From positions 2,048,001-2,112,000 of the forward strand of contig OZ253449.1 of assembly GCA_965261345.1 (NCBI GenBank): a stretch of DNA of 64,000 nucleotides, given 5' to 3'. Shown here piece after piece: positions 63,317 to 64,000 of the stretch; the first letter of the stretch is position 1, and the number at the start of each line of letters is the position of its first letter. Both the position numbers and the translations under genes were made by a program. Source of the DNA: Chloroflexota bacterium (GTDB taxonomy: Bacteria > Chloroflexota > UBA11872 > VXNJ01). The notes beneath the pieces are model-generated. The model did not search any database. It was not told the DNA's origin and worked only from the letters and a program-made list of their open reading frames with translations.

Positions 63317-64000
63317 ATGTTTGAGTTGCACAAAACGCCGCTTTACTCGCGCCATTTGGCGGCCGGGGCGCGCATGGTCGATTTTGCGGGATGGGCGATG
63401 CCGATCCAGTATGAAGGCCTAATCGCCGAGCACACCGCGGTCCGTTGCCGGGCCGGTTTATTCGATGTCTCGCACATGGGTCAATTCTTGGTCGAGGGGC
63501 CCGACGCGCAGGATTTCCTCCAATACCACTTTTCCAATGACCTTTCGCGGTTACGCGATCAGCGGTCGCAATACACCCTGCTGCTTAGTCCGGCGGGTGG
63601 GGTGGCCGACGATGCGATGATCTACCGCTGGTCCGATGAGAAGTTTCTGGTGGTCGTAAATGCTGCCAACCGCGAGCCGGACTGGCGGATTCTGGATCCG
63701 GGTAGCCGGAACCTGAAGATTTCCGATCTGACCTTTGACTGCGCCTTGCTGGCGGTCCAGGGCCCGCTAACCAACCAGTTGATCGGTGGTCTGGTCAATT
63801 GCGACCTCGCCAGCATCCGCCGGGCCGGCATCACCGAAGCCCAGGTGGCGGGTTGCGATGCCTGGCTGGCCCGTACCGGTTACACCGGCGAAGACGGCTT
63901 CGAGATTTTTCTGGAAAATGGCGATGCCGCCGACACCTTTGACGCACTGCTCTCAGCTGGCGTGACGCCGGCTGGTTTGGGGGCCCGCAATACCCTGCGG
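63317..64000 (+). CDS. gcvT: Glycine cleavage T protein, 3'-truncated by window edge (absent from ORF track)
   Basis: MFELHKTPLY..FAGWAMPIQY, FDVSHMG, RTGYTGEDGFE. Confidence 0.93.
   Translation, partial: MFELHKTPLYSRHLAAGARMVDFAGWAMPIQYEGLIAEHTAVRCRAGLFDVSHMGQFLVEGPDAQDFLQYHFSNDLSRLRDQRSQYTLLLSPAGGVADDAMIYRWSDEKFLVVVNAANREPDWRILDPGSRNLKISDLTFDCALLAVQGPLTNQLIGGLVNCDLASIRRAGITEAQVAGCDAWLARTGYTGEDGFEIFLENGDAADTFDALLSAGVTPAGLGARNTLR

Noticed and set aside
1-64000. Frequent GCGATCGC/CGATCG (HIP1-like)
   Set aside because: Could not be counted rigorously and is explicable by GCG-ATC-GC codon use; needs a codon-aware test.

Overview
GC-rich bacterial window, probably Chloroflexota (inferred from the L,D-transpeptidase repeat style; not proven). 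Left part (~3.0-15 kb) is a decaying accessory block next to the 3' end of tRNA-Val(TAC). It holds an IS1202-like remnant, a sulfatase-aroC(pseudo)-MFS(pseudo)-TauE operon, a tandem aldo/keto-reductase duplication inserted into the MFS gene between 105-bp inverted repeats, and an intact ISNCY-like IS splitting an M20 peptidase remnant. The rest is catabolic and housekeeping: SPFH, oxidoreductases, tyrS, ADP-ribosylglycohydrolase, iolD, pntAA/AB/B, further sulfatases (six in the window), ABC permeases, ldt-phoBR-pstSCAB-phoU, two-subunit aconitase X, tRNA-Arg(GCG), a broken ABC exporter, TPP enzyme, GH140-like protein, MscS, aldolase, FAH, DUF62, P1 peptidase, MazG and the start of gcvT. No CRISPR array, rRNA, prophage or defence system was recognised, and no clearly new multi-gene system. 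Best leads: fold-back/template-switch-like scars at rearrangement junctions, motif-variant enzymes (AcnX, DUF62, TyrS), and a tRNA-Arg(GCG) that contains the stop codon of the upstream gene. All calls were made by eye; no searches were run.
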